A stretch of DNA of 64,000 nucleotides from Patescibacteria group bacterium (GTDB lineage: Bacteria; Patescibacteriota; Patescibacteriia; 2-01-FULL-39-33): NCBI GenBank assembly GCA_041649575.1, contig JBAZMW010000004.1, positions 21,687 through 85,686 of the forward strand. The letters run 5' to 3'. Below, one piece after another: positions 7,733 to 15,734 of this stretch. Each line of letters opens with the position of its first letter. Position 1 is the first letter of the stretch. The position numbers and the translations under genes are program-made. The notes beneath the pieces were generated by a model. It searched no databases, had not been told where the DNA came from, and saw only the letters and a program-made list of their open reading frames with translations.

Positions 7733-9331
7733 ATGAAAATTAGCGTAGAAAAAAAATTACGAAACTGGCAACTAGAGGCGCTGAAATCGCCCGAGTTTGC
7801 TTTTGTGGAAAAGTTGACAAAAAAATTCCCCGAGGCGAAAGTTTACTTGGTGGGCGGTGCCGTCAGAGACCTGATTCTAGAGCGTGATACTAAGGATTTT
7901 GATTTTGTGGTGGCCAAAGTGCCGGCCAAGGATTTGGAAAAATTCCTTAGCTCTTTGGGCAAGGTCAATCTGGTTGGCAAAAGTTTTGGAGTATTTAAGT
8001 TTGTACCTAATAACGTCATCCCGAGCGAAGCCAGGGGAGAAGTGTGGGGATCCCGCGGGATTGCCACGTCGTCCGGTTCCGTTACGCGGAACCGGTCTCC
8101 TCGCAATGACATTATTTTTGAACCCTTCGATATCGCTCTGCCGCGCACCGAGCATGCGGGCATGAGCGGCGGCTACAGGGATTTCGAAGTGCAAAGCGAC
8201 CAAGACTTGCCAATCGAGGAAGATTTGTCACGCCGCGATTTTACTATTAATGCCCTGGCCTGGGACTTGAGAGAGAAAAAAATAATTGACGAGTTTGACG
8301 GACTAAAAGATTTGGAAAATAAAACTATCAAAGCGATTGGCAAACCGGAACAGAGATTCCAGGAGGATTATACCCGCCTGCTGCGCGCTATCAGGCTCTG
8401 CTGCCAACTGGATTTTATGATCGAGGCCCACACCCTGAAAACCATTCACGACAAAGCTCAAAAAATCGGCACCATTGCCAAAGAAAGAATTAATGAAGAG
8501 CTAGTCAAAATTGTCATGTCGAACAAAGCCGAGGACGGTTTTCGATTACTGCAAAAAATCGGGCTTTTAAAAATATTAATTCCAGAACTGGAGTCGACGG
8601 TTAACATCAGCCAGAATAAACATCATATTTACGACATTTTTGAACATAGCGTACGGGCGCTGGGAGCAGGCGCTCAAAGGAATTATTCGCTTTGGGTGCG
8701 GCTGGCGGCGCTACTGCATGACATTGGCAAGCCGCAAACAAAAGAGGGCGAAGGCCCCGACTCAACTTTTTACAACCACGACATCGTTGGAGCCAAAATC
8801 GCCAAAAATATTTTAAAACGACTAGATTTTTCCAATGAGACTATTAGCAAGGTGACGCATTTAGTGCGTTATCATATGTTTTATTATGCCCTGGATACGG
8901 TGAGCGACGCCGGAGTAAGGCGACTACTAGCGCGACTGGGCAAAGAAAATATTCAAGATTTCATTGATGTCAGAATCTGCGACCGGTTGGGCATGGGCCG
9001 GCCTAAGGCCAAACCCTGGAAGCTGATTGAGCTGGAACGCCGACTCAAGGAAGTGCAGCTCGATCCCATTACTCCCAAGATGCTCAAAATCAATGGCGAT
9101 GAGCTGATGAAAATTTTGAAAATCAAGCCGGGACCGCGAGTGGGCCTGATACTTAATGCCCTGCTGGGCGAGGTTTTGGAAGATCCCGAGAAAAACGATA
9201 AAAAATATTTGACCAAAAAAATGAAAGAGTTGGATAAATCGAAAGACGAAGAATTAAAAAAACTAAATCCGGATGTAAAATTTTACGAAGAAGAAAGGAA
9301 GAGGTTGCTACATTTCAATAAAGACAACTAA
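7733..9331 (+). CDS. cca: CCA-adding tRNA nucleotidyltransferase / poly(A) polymerase family with HD domain
   Basis: GGAVRD and RRDFTINA head motifs; HD domain (LLHDIGK); 532 aa; contains an in-frame 96-bp repeat insertion. Confidence 0.8.
   Translation: MKISVEKKLRNWQLEALKSPEFAFVEKLTKKFPEAKVYLVGGAVRDLILERDTKDFDFVVAKVPAKDLEKFLSSLGKVNLVGKSFGVFKFVPNNVIPSEARGEVWGSRGIATSSGSVTRNRSPRNDIIFEPFDIALPRTEHAGMSGGYRDFEVQSDQDLPIEEDLSRRDFTINALAWDLREKKIIDEFDGLKDLENKTIKAIGKPEQRFQEDYTRLLRAIRLCCQLDFMIEAHTLKTIHDKAQKIGTIAKERINEELVKIVMSNKAEDGFRLLQKIGLLKILIPELESTVNISQNKHHIYDIFEHSVRALGAGAQRNYSLWVRLAALLHDIGKPQTKEGEGPDSTFYNHDIVGAKIAKNILKRLDFSNETISKVTHLVRYHMFYYALDTVSDAGVRRLLARLGKENIQDFIDVRICDRLGMGRPKAKPWKLIELERRLKEVQLDPITPKMLKINGDELMKILKIKPGPRVGLILNALLGEVLEDPEKNDKKYLTKKMKELDKSKDEELKKLNPDVKFYEEERKRLLHFNKDN
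8035..8130 (+). mobile_element. MITE-like palindromic element inserted in frame in cca (32 codons)
   Basis: 5' GTCATCCCGAG and 3' CTCGCAATGAC terminal inverted repeats; internal 9-bp hairpin CCGGTTCCG/CGGAACCGG; about 62% GC; the 3' half recurs at 35581-35624 and 44431-44466. Confidence 0.65.
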
Positions 9332-9395
9332 AAAGCACGCGACTACTGCCCCGCGTGCCCAGGCTAAGCTGATGGAGTGAACGCCCAATGTATGA

Positions 9396-9680
9396 CTACT
9401 TCCCTAATAAATCACCTGCGCCATTCTCGCGCATGTACGCCTCGGCTCGTGCCGCATTTGGATCGATGCGGGCATAATCATAGACATCGTTGGCGCACCT
9501 ATCCACTTGATCACCAATGAAGGAAAAACGATTGAACCAACCCTTCTCGTCGAATCCTGACGGCCTGATGAACTGCACTACGTCGCCGCTGGGACTACTG
9601 CCAACCGGGCTTAGCAGAATATAGAACCGTCCGGATTCCAAGTCTGCGGCTGTCACTTGTTTTGCTGCTGTCCCCGCCAT
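9396..9680 (-). CDS. hypothetical protein (94 aa), GC-rich
   Basis: AAGGAGG RBS 7 nt upstream; adjacent to and co-oriented with 9693..10028; no recognisable domain. Confidence 0.45.
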   Translation of the reverse strand: MAGTAAKQVTAADLESGRFYILLSPVGSSPSGDVVQFIRPSGFDEKGWFNRFSFIGDQVDRCANDVYDYARIDPNAARAEAYMRENGAGDLLGK

Positions 9681-9692
9681 AGATGATCCTCC

Positions 9693-10028
9693 TTAGCGCT
9701 GACTAACACTGATGTCGAAGAAAGCACGTAGACTCTGTGAAAGCCGTTTTTCCATCTGATCAAGTTGTTTGCCTCTCACGCGACGGCCGAAATCCTTTAA
9801 AGGGACCTGACCTTGGACAAGCTCGCCGGTATCCGAATTGAGCACAAACACATCAATGCCGGCTGGACTCACGAGAGCGCCACTTCTACCGATTACCCTG
9901 ATGATCTGCTGAGATTCTCTCCGATAATAGCAGGCGTCTAGACTCAGCCCTTTATACTTCTTTTTCTTCTCGTCTACCTGCCAATTCATTATCCAAACAA
10001 CTCCGTGTTCGACTTTTCTTCGTCTCAT
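9693..10028 (-). CDS. hypothetical protein (about 111 aa), GC-rich
   Basis: GGAGG RBS upstream of the ATG at 10028 (MRRRKVEH...); forms a two-gene cassette with 9396..9680. Confidence 0.4.
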   Translation of the reverse strand: MRRRKVEHGVVWIMNWQVDEKKKKYKGLSLDACYYRRESQQIIRVIGRSGALVSPAGIDVFVLNSDTGELVQGQVPLKDFGRRVRGKQLDQMEKRLSQSLRAFFDISVSQR

Positions 10029-10085
10029 TGCGACTCCACCTCCCTCCATAAGAGCGGATTAAAAGCCAAAGCCAATGTACAGCTT

Positions 10086-11078
10086 ATGATAGAAAACATT
10101 ACCATAATAAATTCTAATAGTCAAGGCCAACGCCTGGATAAATTTTTGGTGGAAAAATTACCGGAATTATCCCGTTCGCAAATCCAAAAAGCCATTAAAG
10201 ACGGTCTGGCTTTAGTCAATGATAAAAAGGTGACAGTACACCACTTTTTGAAAGCGGGTGATGTCGTTAAAATCATTCCCCTTTCTTCTAAGGAGGGGCC
10301 AGGGGGAGGTTCTGAAAGCCGCGAGAAAAAAAATAAGCCCTCAAAACCCCTCCCCGCCTCTCCTTGGAAGGGGGCGGGGCCAAAAATAATTGCCGACGAG
10401 CCGGAATTTTTGATTATCGAAAAGCCGGCTGGGCTACTGGTCCATCCGACGGAAAAAGGCGAGACAGACACCTTGGCGGATTGGCTGATTGCTAAATATC
10501 CGAAGCTTAAAAAAATCGGCGAAGACCCTAGCCGTCCAGCCATCGTTCACCGATTAGACAAAGAGGTCTCTGGACTGATGCTGATACCCAAAACTCAAGA
10601 GGCTTTTGATTATTTTAAAAATCAATTCAAAAAACATACCATTGTAAAAAAATACTCGACTTTGGTCTGCGGCCAAATAGCAGCGGCTGAAGGAGAGATC
10701 GACCTGCCCATAGGACGAAGCAAAAATAAAGCCGGACTCTTCGCTGCCAAGCCGCACAGCCAATGGGGAGAAAAGGACAAAAAAGCAGTCACCAGGTTTA
10801 AGGTTATTAAAAAATTCAAAAATTATACCTTGCTGGAAGTAGAAATTCTAACCGGGCGCACCCATCAAATCCGCGTTCATATGCTGGCCTTGGGTCATCC
10901 GGTACTAGGAGACCAGTTGTATGGCAAAAAACCAACCAATAAAAAGACAAAAACAACCCCAGAAAGAATCTTCCTCCACGCCACCAGACTGGCCTTTTCT
11001 GATCAACAAGGACAACCTCGGGAATTTATCAGTCCCTGGCCGGCTGAGCTGGAGAATTTTATCAGAACTTTGAAATAA
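10086..11078 (+). CDS. rluD: RluA-family 23S rRNA pseudouridine synthase (RluD-like) with low-complexity in-frame insertion
   Basis: N-terminal S4 domain; catalytic HRLD motif (AIVHRLDKEVSGLML); TGRTHQIRVH; start uncertain (ORF is open from 10005). Confidence 0.75.
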   Translation: MIENITIINSNSQGQRLDKFLVEKLPELSRSQIQKAIKDGLALVNDKKVTVHHFLKAGDVVKIIPLSSKEGPGGGSESREKKNKPSKPLPASPWKGAGPKIIADEPEFLIIEKPAGLLVHPTEKGETDTLADWLIAKYPKLKKIGEDPSRPAIVHRLDKEVSGLMLIPKTQEAFDYFKNQFKKHTIVKKYSTLVCGQIAAAEGEIDLPIGRSKNKAGLFAAKPHSQWGEKDKKAVTRFKVIKKFKNYTLLEVEILTGRTHQIRVHMLALGHPVLGDQLYGKKPTNKKTKTTPERIFLHATRLAFSDQQGQPREFISPWPAELENFIRTLK

Positions 11079-11146
11079 AACTTGTAAAAATTCCCCTTTT
11101 CTGTTAAAATTATTTTAAATTCTTAAGTAACAAATAACATTCATTT

Positions 11147-11395
11147 ATGGGGTTACCAAGCAAGAAAAGAACCAAAACTTCCAAAAGACAACGAGCCTCT
11201 CATTTCGCTCTGAAAAAGATCCGCCTGGTTAGCTGTAAAAAATGCGGCCGGCCAGTCCTGCCTCATCGGGCTTGTGAGTTCTGCGGCGTCTATAAGGGCA
11301 GAGATATTTTAAAAATCAAAACTAAGAAGAAAACCGCCAAGCAAAAAGCGCAGGACAGAAAAGAAAAAGCCAGAGAAAAAGAAGCCAAAAAATAG
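11147..11395 (+). CDS. rpmF: 50S ribosomal protein L32 with Lys-rich C-terminal extension
   Basis: SKKRTKTSKRQRASHFAL ... CKKCG ... HRACEFCG matches the L32 zinc-ribbon pattern. Confidence 0.8.
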   Translation: MGLPSKKRTKTSKRQRASHFALKKIRLVSCKKCGRPVLPHRACEFCGVYKGRDILKIKTKKKTAKQKAQDRKEKAREKEAKK

Positions 11396-11431
11396 CTGAT
11401 TTATAATTTGTAAATTATTTCTAAATCATAT

Positions 11432-11899
11432 ATGTCCAATAGGCATCTGGCCAGAACTTTGGCCATTCAAACCCTCTACCAGTGGGATTTCAACGGACAA
11501 AAGGAAGATGTTTTGCAAATTATGGAAAAAAATCGCCAGGAATTCGCTCCCGAATTCGATGACGGCGGTTTTATTAAACATTTGATTGAAGGAATCAAAA
11601 GCAACCTAAAACAAATAGACGCTCTAATCACCAAATTCGCTCCGGAATGGCCACTGGAGCAAATCACTATTGTTGACCGCAACGTCTTGAGGCTGGGCAC
11701 TTTTGAACTGAAGTTTGATGAGAGCATTCCGGCCAAAGTGGCCATTAATGAGGCGATTGAGCTGGCCAAAACTTTCGGCGGGGAATCCTCGGGTAAATTT
11801 GTTAATGGCGTTTTGGGAGCGGTCTACAAAGAAATCGGCGAAAAAGAAATTGACAAGCAAAAGAATTTGCAGCCAGACAATAAATTAGCCGCTAGTTAA
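11432..11899 (+). CDS. nusB: transcription antitermination factor NusB
   Basis: [17 protein letters not shown] is the NusB N-terminal signature. Confidence 0.85.
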   Translation: MSNRHLARTLAIQTLYQWDFNGQKEDVLQIMEKNRQEFAPEFDDGGFIKHLIEGIKSNLKQIDALITKFAPEWPLEQITIVDRNVLRLGTFELKFDESIPAKVAINEAIELAKTFGGESSGKFVNGVLGAVYKEIGEKEIDKQKNLQPDNKLAAS

Positions 11900-11905
11900 A
11901 CAATC

Positions 11906-12613
11906 TTGGCACCACTTATGAAAAATTTGTCTAGTTTAGAAAAAATTCTGGGAGTGACTTTTAAAAAACAAGAATTGCTGCTCCAGGCCGTAACACATCG
12001 TTCTTATCTGAATGAACATCCAGAATTCAAGCTTGAACATAACGAAAGATTGGAATTTCTGGGCGACGCCGTTTTGGAGCTAATAGTTACAGAATATCTT
12101 TATAACAACTACCCCAACCCAGAGGGAGAGCTGACCAACTGGCGAGCCAGCCTGGTCAACCGTTCCAGCCTGGCAGAGACCGCTCAAGAATTAGCCATTG
12201 AGTCTTTTATTTCCATGAGCAAGGGCGAGAGTAAGGATAAAAATTCCAAAGCCCGGCAATATATCGTGGCCAACGCCATTGAAGCCATTATCGGCGCCGT
12301 TTATCTTGATCAAGGAATCGGCTCGGCCAAGAAATTCATCAAAAAAAACATTCTAAGCAAGCTGGAAAGAATCATAGCCAATAAGCTATACGTCGACCCC
12401 AAAAGCGATTTCCAAGAAAAGGCCCAAGACAAATTGGGTGTCACGCCGGTGTATAAAGTTTTGGAGTCGTCCGGGCCGGATCATGCTAAAACCTTCAAAG
12501 TGGGGGTATATCTGGCCAATAAAATGCTAGCAACCGGTGTTGGTTCCAGTAAGCAAGAGGCGCAAACAGCAGCGGCCAGAAACGCCTTGGCCAAAAAAGA
12601 TTGGGAAAATTAA
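11906..12613 (+). CDS. rnc: ribonuclease III
   Basis: RNase III signature NERLEFLGDAVLEL plus a C-terminal dsRBD. Confidence 0.9.
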   Translation: MAPLMKNLSSLEKILGVTFKKQELLLQAVTHRSYLNEHPEFKLEHNERLEFLGDAVLELIVTEYLYNNYPNPEGELTNWRASLVNRSSLAETAQELAIESFISMSKGESKDKNSKARQYIVANAIEAIIGAVYLDQGIGSAKKFIKKNILSKLERIIANKLYVDPKSDFQEKAQDKLGVTPVYKVLESSGPDHAKTFKVGVYLANKMLATGVGSSKQEAQTAAARNALAKKDWEN

Positions 12614-12626
12614 TAACAAAACAAAT

Positions 12627-13661
12627 ATGGATTTAGAATCTCTTTTACAAAAAGCGGTGGGACAAGAAGCTTCTGATTTTCATCTGATTGCCAATCTCCA
12701 ACCCTTTATCAGAATCGATGGGGAATTAAAACAACTAGATAAAAAGATATTTGAACCGAAAGAAATAGAAATTTTAGTCAAAAGAATCATCAGTGAACAA
12801 CAACTAAAAAGATTTTTAGTGGAGAAAGAATTGGATTTTGCTTATGAAACTTCCGACGGTTATCGTTTCCGTATAAATTTACACTTGGAAAAAGGCAATT
12901 TTGGCCTATCAGCCAGAGTGATTCCAAAAGAAATACCTTCAATGGAAGATGTGGACATGCCCGAGACCGTCTATCGCCTATGCGGTTTGGAGCGAGGGCT
13001 GATTATCGTCACCGGCCCGACCGGCTGCGGCAAATCCACGTCGCTGGCGGCAATGATTGATTACATAAATGAGAATCGCAATGTTAATATCATTACTTTG
13101 GAAGACCCGATTGAATTTCTCTTCAAGCCGAAAAAAAGTATTGTCCGCCAAAGACAACTAGGTTCCGATATGCTTTCCTTTCAAAACGGCTTGACTCATG
13201 TCTTGCGCCAGGACCCAAACGTGATCATGGTGGGAGAGATGAGAAACCTAGAAACTATCGCCGCCACCATCACTCTGGCGGAAACCGGACACCTGGTCTT
13301 TGCCACCCTGCACACCTACAGCGCCTCCCAAACCATCGACAGAATCATCGATATTTTTCCTCCTCACCAACAAAACCAAATCCGCATGCAAATATCCATC
13401 ACCCTGCAAGGCATCATCTCGCAACGACTGATTCCACGTGCCGATCATGGCCGAGTGGCCGCCCGAGAAGTGCTTCTTAATACGCCGGCGGTAGCCAACA
13501 TGATCAGAGAAAATAAAATTGCCCAAATCAAAACCGCCATCCAGACCGGCGCTAAGGAAGGCATGGTCACTATGGATAATTATCTTCTGAATCTATTTCA
13601 AAACGGCATAATTTCCAAAGAAACCTTCAATAACAATATTTCGGCCATACCAAAAGAATAA
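12627..13661 (+). CDS. pilT: type IV pilus retraction (twitching motility) ATPase PilT
   Basis: Walker A GPTGCGKST and an Asp box; PilT/PilU-like length (344 aa). Confidence 0.8.
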   Translation: MDLESLLQKAVGQEASDFHLIANLQPFIRIDGELKQLDKKIFEPKEIEILVKRIISEQQLKRFLVEKELDFAYETSDGYRFRINLHLEKGNFGLSARVIPKEIPSMEDVDMPETVYRLCGLERGLIIVTGPTGCGKSTSLAAMIDYINENRNVNIITLEDPIEFLFKPKKSIVRQRQLGSDMLSFQNGLTHVLRQDPNVIMVGEMRNLETIAATITLAETGHLVFATLHTYSASQTIDRIIDIFPPHQQNQIRMQISITLQGIISQRLIPRADHGRVAAREVLLNTPAVANMIRENKIAQIKTAIQTGAKEGMVTMDNYLLNLFQNGIISKETFNNNISAIPKE

Positions 13662-13759
13662 ACGGCCTTCTCTAAAGGTCAGTCTCGTTTGACGCTAAGG
13701 GATTGATCTTTTTTGTTTTTTTTGTTAACCTATAAATGTTCTTCTAAATTTTTATTTTA

Positions 13760-13785
13760 GCTCTCGTAGTGAAATGGATATCACG
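13760..13785 (+). repeat. duplicated 5' half of tRNA-Arg (acceptor + D-arm), 25/26 identical to 13812-13837
   Basis: GCTCTCGTAGTGAAATGGATATCACG matches GCCCTCGTAGTGAAATGGATATCACG. Confidence 0.75.
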
Positions 13786-13811
13786 ACAGACTCCTGCCCG
13801 CCACTGCCTAC

Positions 13812-13883
13812 GCCCTCGTAGTGAAATGGATATCACGCTTGGCTTCGGACCAAGAATTTTGGGTTCGAATCCTGACGAGGGCG
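13812..13883 (+). tRNA. tRNA-Arg (anticodon UCG)
   Basis: Acceptor GCCCTCG/CGAGGGC, D-arm GTGA-AATGGATA-TCAC, anticodon arm CTTGG-CTTCGGA-CCAAG, T-arm TTGGG-TTCGAAT-CCTGA. Confidence 0.75.
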
Positions 13884-13916
13884 TTGGCGATGGCAGGCGG
13901 GTCGGATCTGTTATTG

Positions 13917-13940
13917 GGGGTTCGAATCCTGACGAGGGCG
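13917..13940 (+). repeat. duplicated 3' portion of tRNA-Arg (T-arm + acceptor 3' strand)
   Basis: GGGTTCGAATCCTGACGAGGGCGTT is identical to 13861-13885; the intervening spacers (13786-13811 and 13884-13916) are partly reverse-complementary. Confidence 0.7.
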
Positions 13941-14061
13941 TTACCGCGTGGGATGTTAGCTTCCGCCTCGGCTCGCTTTGTTCGCCAAGGCGAGACAGGC
14001 AGCTAGGCTACGGATCAGACTGGAAGAGTATGATAAACAATTTACATAAAACGAGTAATAT

Positions 14062-14134
14062 GGGACGTTAGCTCAGTTGGTAGAGCAGTTGCCTCTTAAG
14101 CAAACGGTCGCAGGTTCGAATCCTGCACGTCCCA
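14062..14134 (+). tRNA. tRNA-Lys (anticodon CUU)
   Basis: GGGACGT/ACGTCCC acceptor, GCTCAGTTGGTAGAGC D-arm, anticodon loop CTCTTAA, T-arm GCAGGTTCGAATCCTGC. Confidence 0.85.
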
Positions 14135-14145
14135 AAAATTTAAAA

Positions 14146-14172
14146 GCCGCCGTTAGGCGGATTTTATTTATC
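14146..14172. terminator. bidirectional intrinsic terminator
   Basis: GCCGCC-gtta-GGCGGATTTTATTT on the plus strand; on the minus strand GGCGG is followed by CTTTTAAATTTTT. Confidence 0.55.
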
Positions 14173-14259
14173 TTAAATGTTTATTTAAAAAATGGTGGGC
14201 CACCGAGAGGTTGTTCCTCGGCAGCCCAGCAATCCTCGTTGCTCGGCGACCACTCACGC

Positions 14260-14391
14260 TCACTTGCGCAAGCAGCCGAGCACTGTCGACGCTACTCCGG
14301 ACAGCAGGGCGACAACCGATGTCGCAATCCACCAGCCGTCGACGTCGTAGTGCGCCGCGCGCGGCTTCGTCAAAACCTTAACATGCCTCAT
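14260..14391 (-). CDS. small hydrophobic peptide (43 aa, MRHVKVLTKPRAAHYDVDGWWIATSVVALLSGVASTVLGCLRK), type I toxin-like candidate
   Basis: Minus-strand promoter TTGACA-17-TAGAGT (14483..14455); GGAGGG RBS 9 nt upstream of ATG; one predicted TM helix; structured about 70-nt 3' UTR and terminator near 14185-14215; region is about 58% GC. Confidence 0.4.
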   Translation of the reverse strand: MRHVKVLTKPRAAHYDVDGWWIATSVVALLSGVASTVLGCLRK

Positions 14392-14454
14392 GTGCTAGAC
14401 CCTCCAATGCTCTTTCAGTCTCACAACCTCCAGTTCCCACGCGGAACTGGCACC

Positions 14455-14483
14455 ACTCTATCAAACAAAACAATTTTTGTCAA
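14455..14483 (-). promoter_or_regulatory. sigma70-type promoter (TTGACA-17-TAGAGT) on minus strand
   Basis: Read on the minus strand: TTGACAaaaattgttttgtttgaTAGAGT; lies just downstream of the hup terminator. Confidence 0.5.
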
Positions 14484-14545
14484 GATAACTTTTTTCAAAA
14501 AACCGCCCCAATAAGAGGCGGTGAAACTAACATTTTTTAAGGTTT

Positions 14546-14872
14546 TTACTGGCCTGCTTCAACAGTCGATGCCGGTTCGGTTCGTTTGTCTTCTTTGCCT
14601 TTCAGGGCGTCTTTTAGATTTTTGCCGGCTTTGAACTTGGCCACCACTACCGAGGGAATGGCAATTTTTTCTTGAGGATTTCTGGGGTTAATCCCTTCGC
14701 GGCCTTTTCTGGCACGAGCCGAAAAGGTACCAAAACCGGTCAGGGTCACCTCGCCGCCAGCCTTAATGGTCTCGGTAGTAATCTGAGTGAGAGTGTTTAA
14801 AGCTTCCTCTGCCTGCGGTTTGGTAATTCCAACCCGCTCAGCAATTTTTTCGGCTAATTCTGCTTTATTCAT
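14546..14872 (-). CDS. hup: HU family DNA-binding protein with short C-terminal extension
   Basis: MNKAELAEKIAE ... GFGTFSARARKGREGINPRN is the HU/IHF fold signature. Confidence 0.85.
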   Translation of the reverse strand: MNKAELAEKIAERVGITKPQAEEALNTLTQITTETIKAGGEVTLTGFGTFSARARKGREGINPRNPQEKIAIPSVVVAKFKAGKNLKDALKGKEDKRTEPASTVEAGQ

Positions 14873-14906
14873 AAAATGGTCTCCTTTCCAAATAAATTAT
14901 AAATTA

Positions 14907-15701
14907 TTAAACTTTTATTATTTTATTAATTCTTGTTATTTTTTTGATTTTCTTGGTTTTGGTGTCAATTTCTAAATACACCCCGTTGAGTTGACAGCGG
15001 CCGAATTCTGGCAAGTCATGCTTCTTGGAACCACGACCGCGGCCCAAGAAAAGATTAAAAATCTGCTCGGGATTGGCGCCGATAACCGAATCTTTATAAC
15101 CAATCATGCCGGCATCAGTAATATAGCCGGTACCAGCCGGCAAAATCTGCTCATCGGCGGTGGGCACGTGGGTATGAGTACCAATAACAGCCGCCACTTG
15201 CCCGTCGAAATAACGAGCGAAAGCAACCTTTTCAGAAGTGGCTTCGGCATGAAAATCAACCAAAAATATACCCTTTTTGATCTTTTTTAGAATCTTTTCC
15301 ATGGTTTTGAAAGGGCAAGCTGTTTTGTCCGGGATAAAAACTCTACCTAATAAGTTTACCACAATTAGTTTATTTGAGCCAATTTTTACCTCTTTGAAAC
15401 CCACGCCTGATTTTCTGGCCGAGTAATTAGCCGGTCGAACTAAATTTATTTCAGAATCATTTAAAATTTCATCACTACCAGCCTTTTTCCAAGCATGATT
15501 GCCAGAAGTGAAGAAATCCACGCCAGAGACTGACATCTCCGCCAAAGTCTTTTTGGTAAAACCAATACCATGAGCCAGATTTTCCACATTGGCAACGATT
15601 AAATCCGGATGATATTGCTTTCTTAACTTGGGTAGTTGCTGTTTAACGGCCTGACGGCCAATTTTACCGACAATATCAGCAAGAAAAATTACTTTAATCA
15701 T
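14907..15701 (-). CDS. ymdB: YmdB-like metallophosphoesterase (TIGR00282 family)
   Basis: MIKVIFLADIVGKIGR ... GNHAW ... GTHTHVPTAD are metallophosphoesterase motifs; lies downstream of rny as in Bacillus. Confidence 0.75.
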   Translation of the reverse strand: MIKVIFLADIVGKIGRQAVKQQLPKLRKQYHPDLIVANVENLAHGIGFTKKTLAEMSVSGVDFFTSGNHAWKKAGSDEILNDSEINLVRPANYSARKSGVGFKEVKIGSNKLIVVNLLGRVFIPDKTACPFKTMEKILKKIKKGIFLVDFHAEATSEKVAFARYFDGQVAAVIGTHTHVPTADEQILPAGTGYITDAGMIGYKDSVIGANPEQIFNLFLGRGRGSKKHDLPEFGRCQLNGVYLEIDTKTKKIKKITRINKIIKV

Positions 15702-15734
15702 TTTTTCACACTTAAAATTAGAGAGTTGTTGGCT

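Noticed and set aside
14077-14514. 145-aa ORF overlapping tRNA-Lys and the GC-rich segment
   Set aside because: It starts inside the tRNA gene and runs across a terminator. The minus-strand small-peptide unit with its promoter, RBS and terminator explains the region better.
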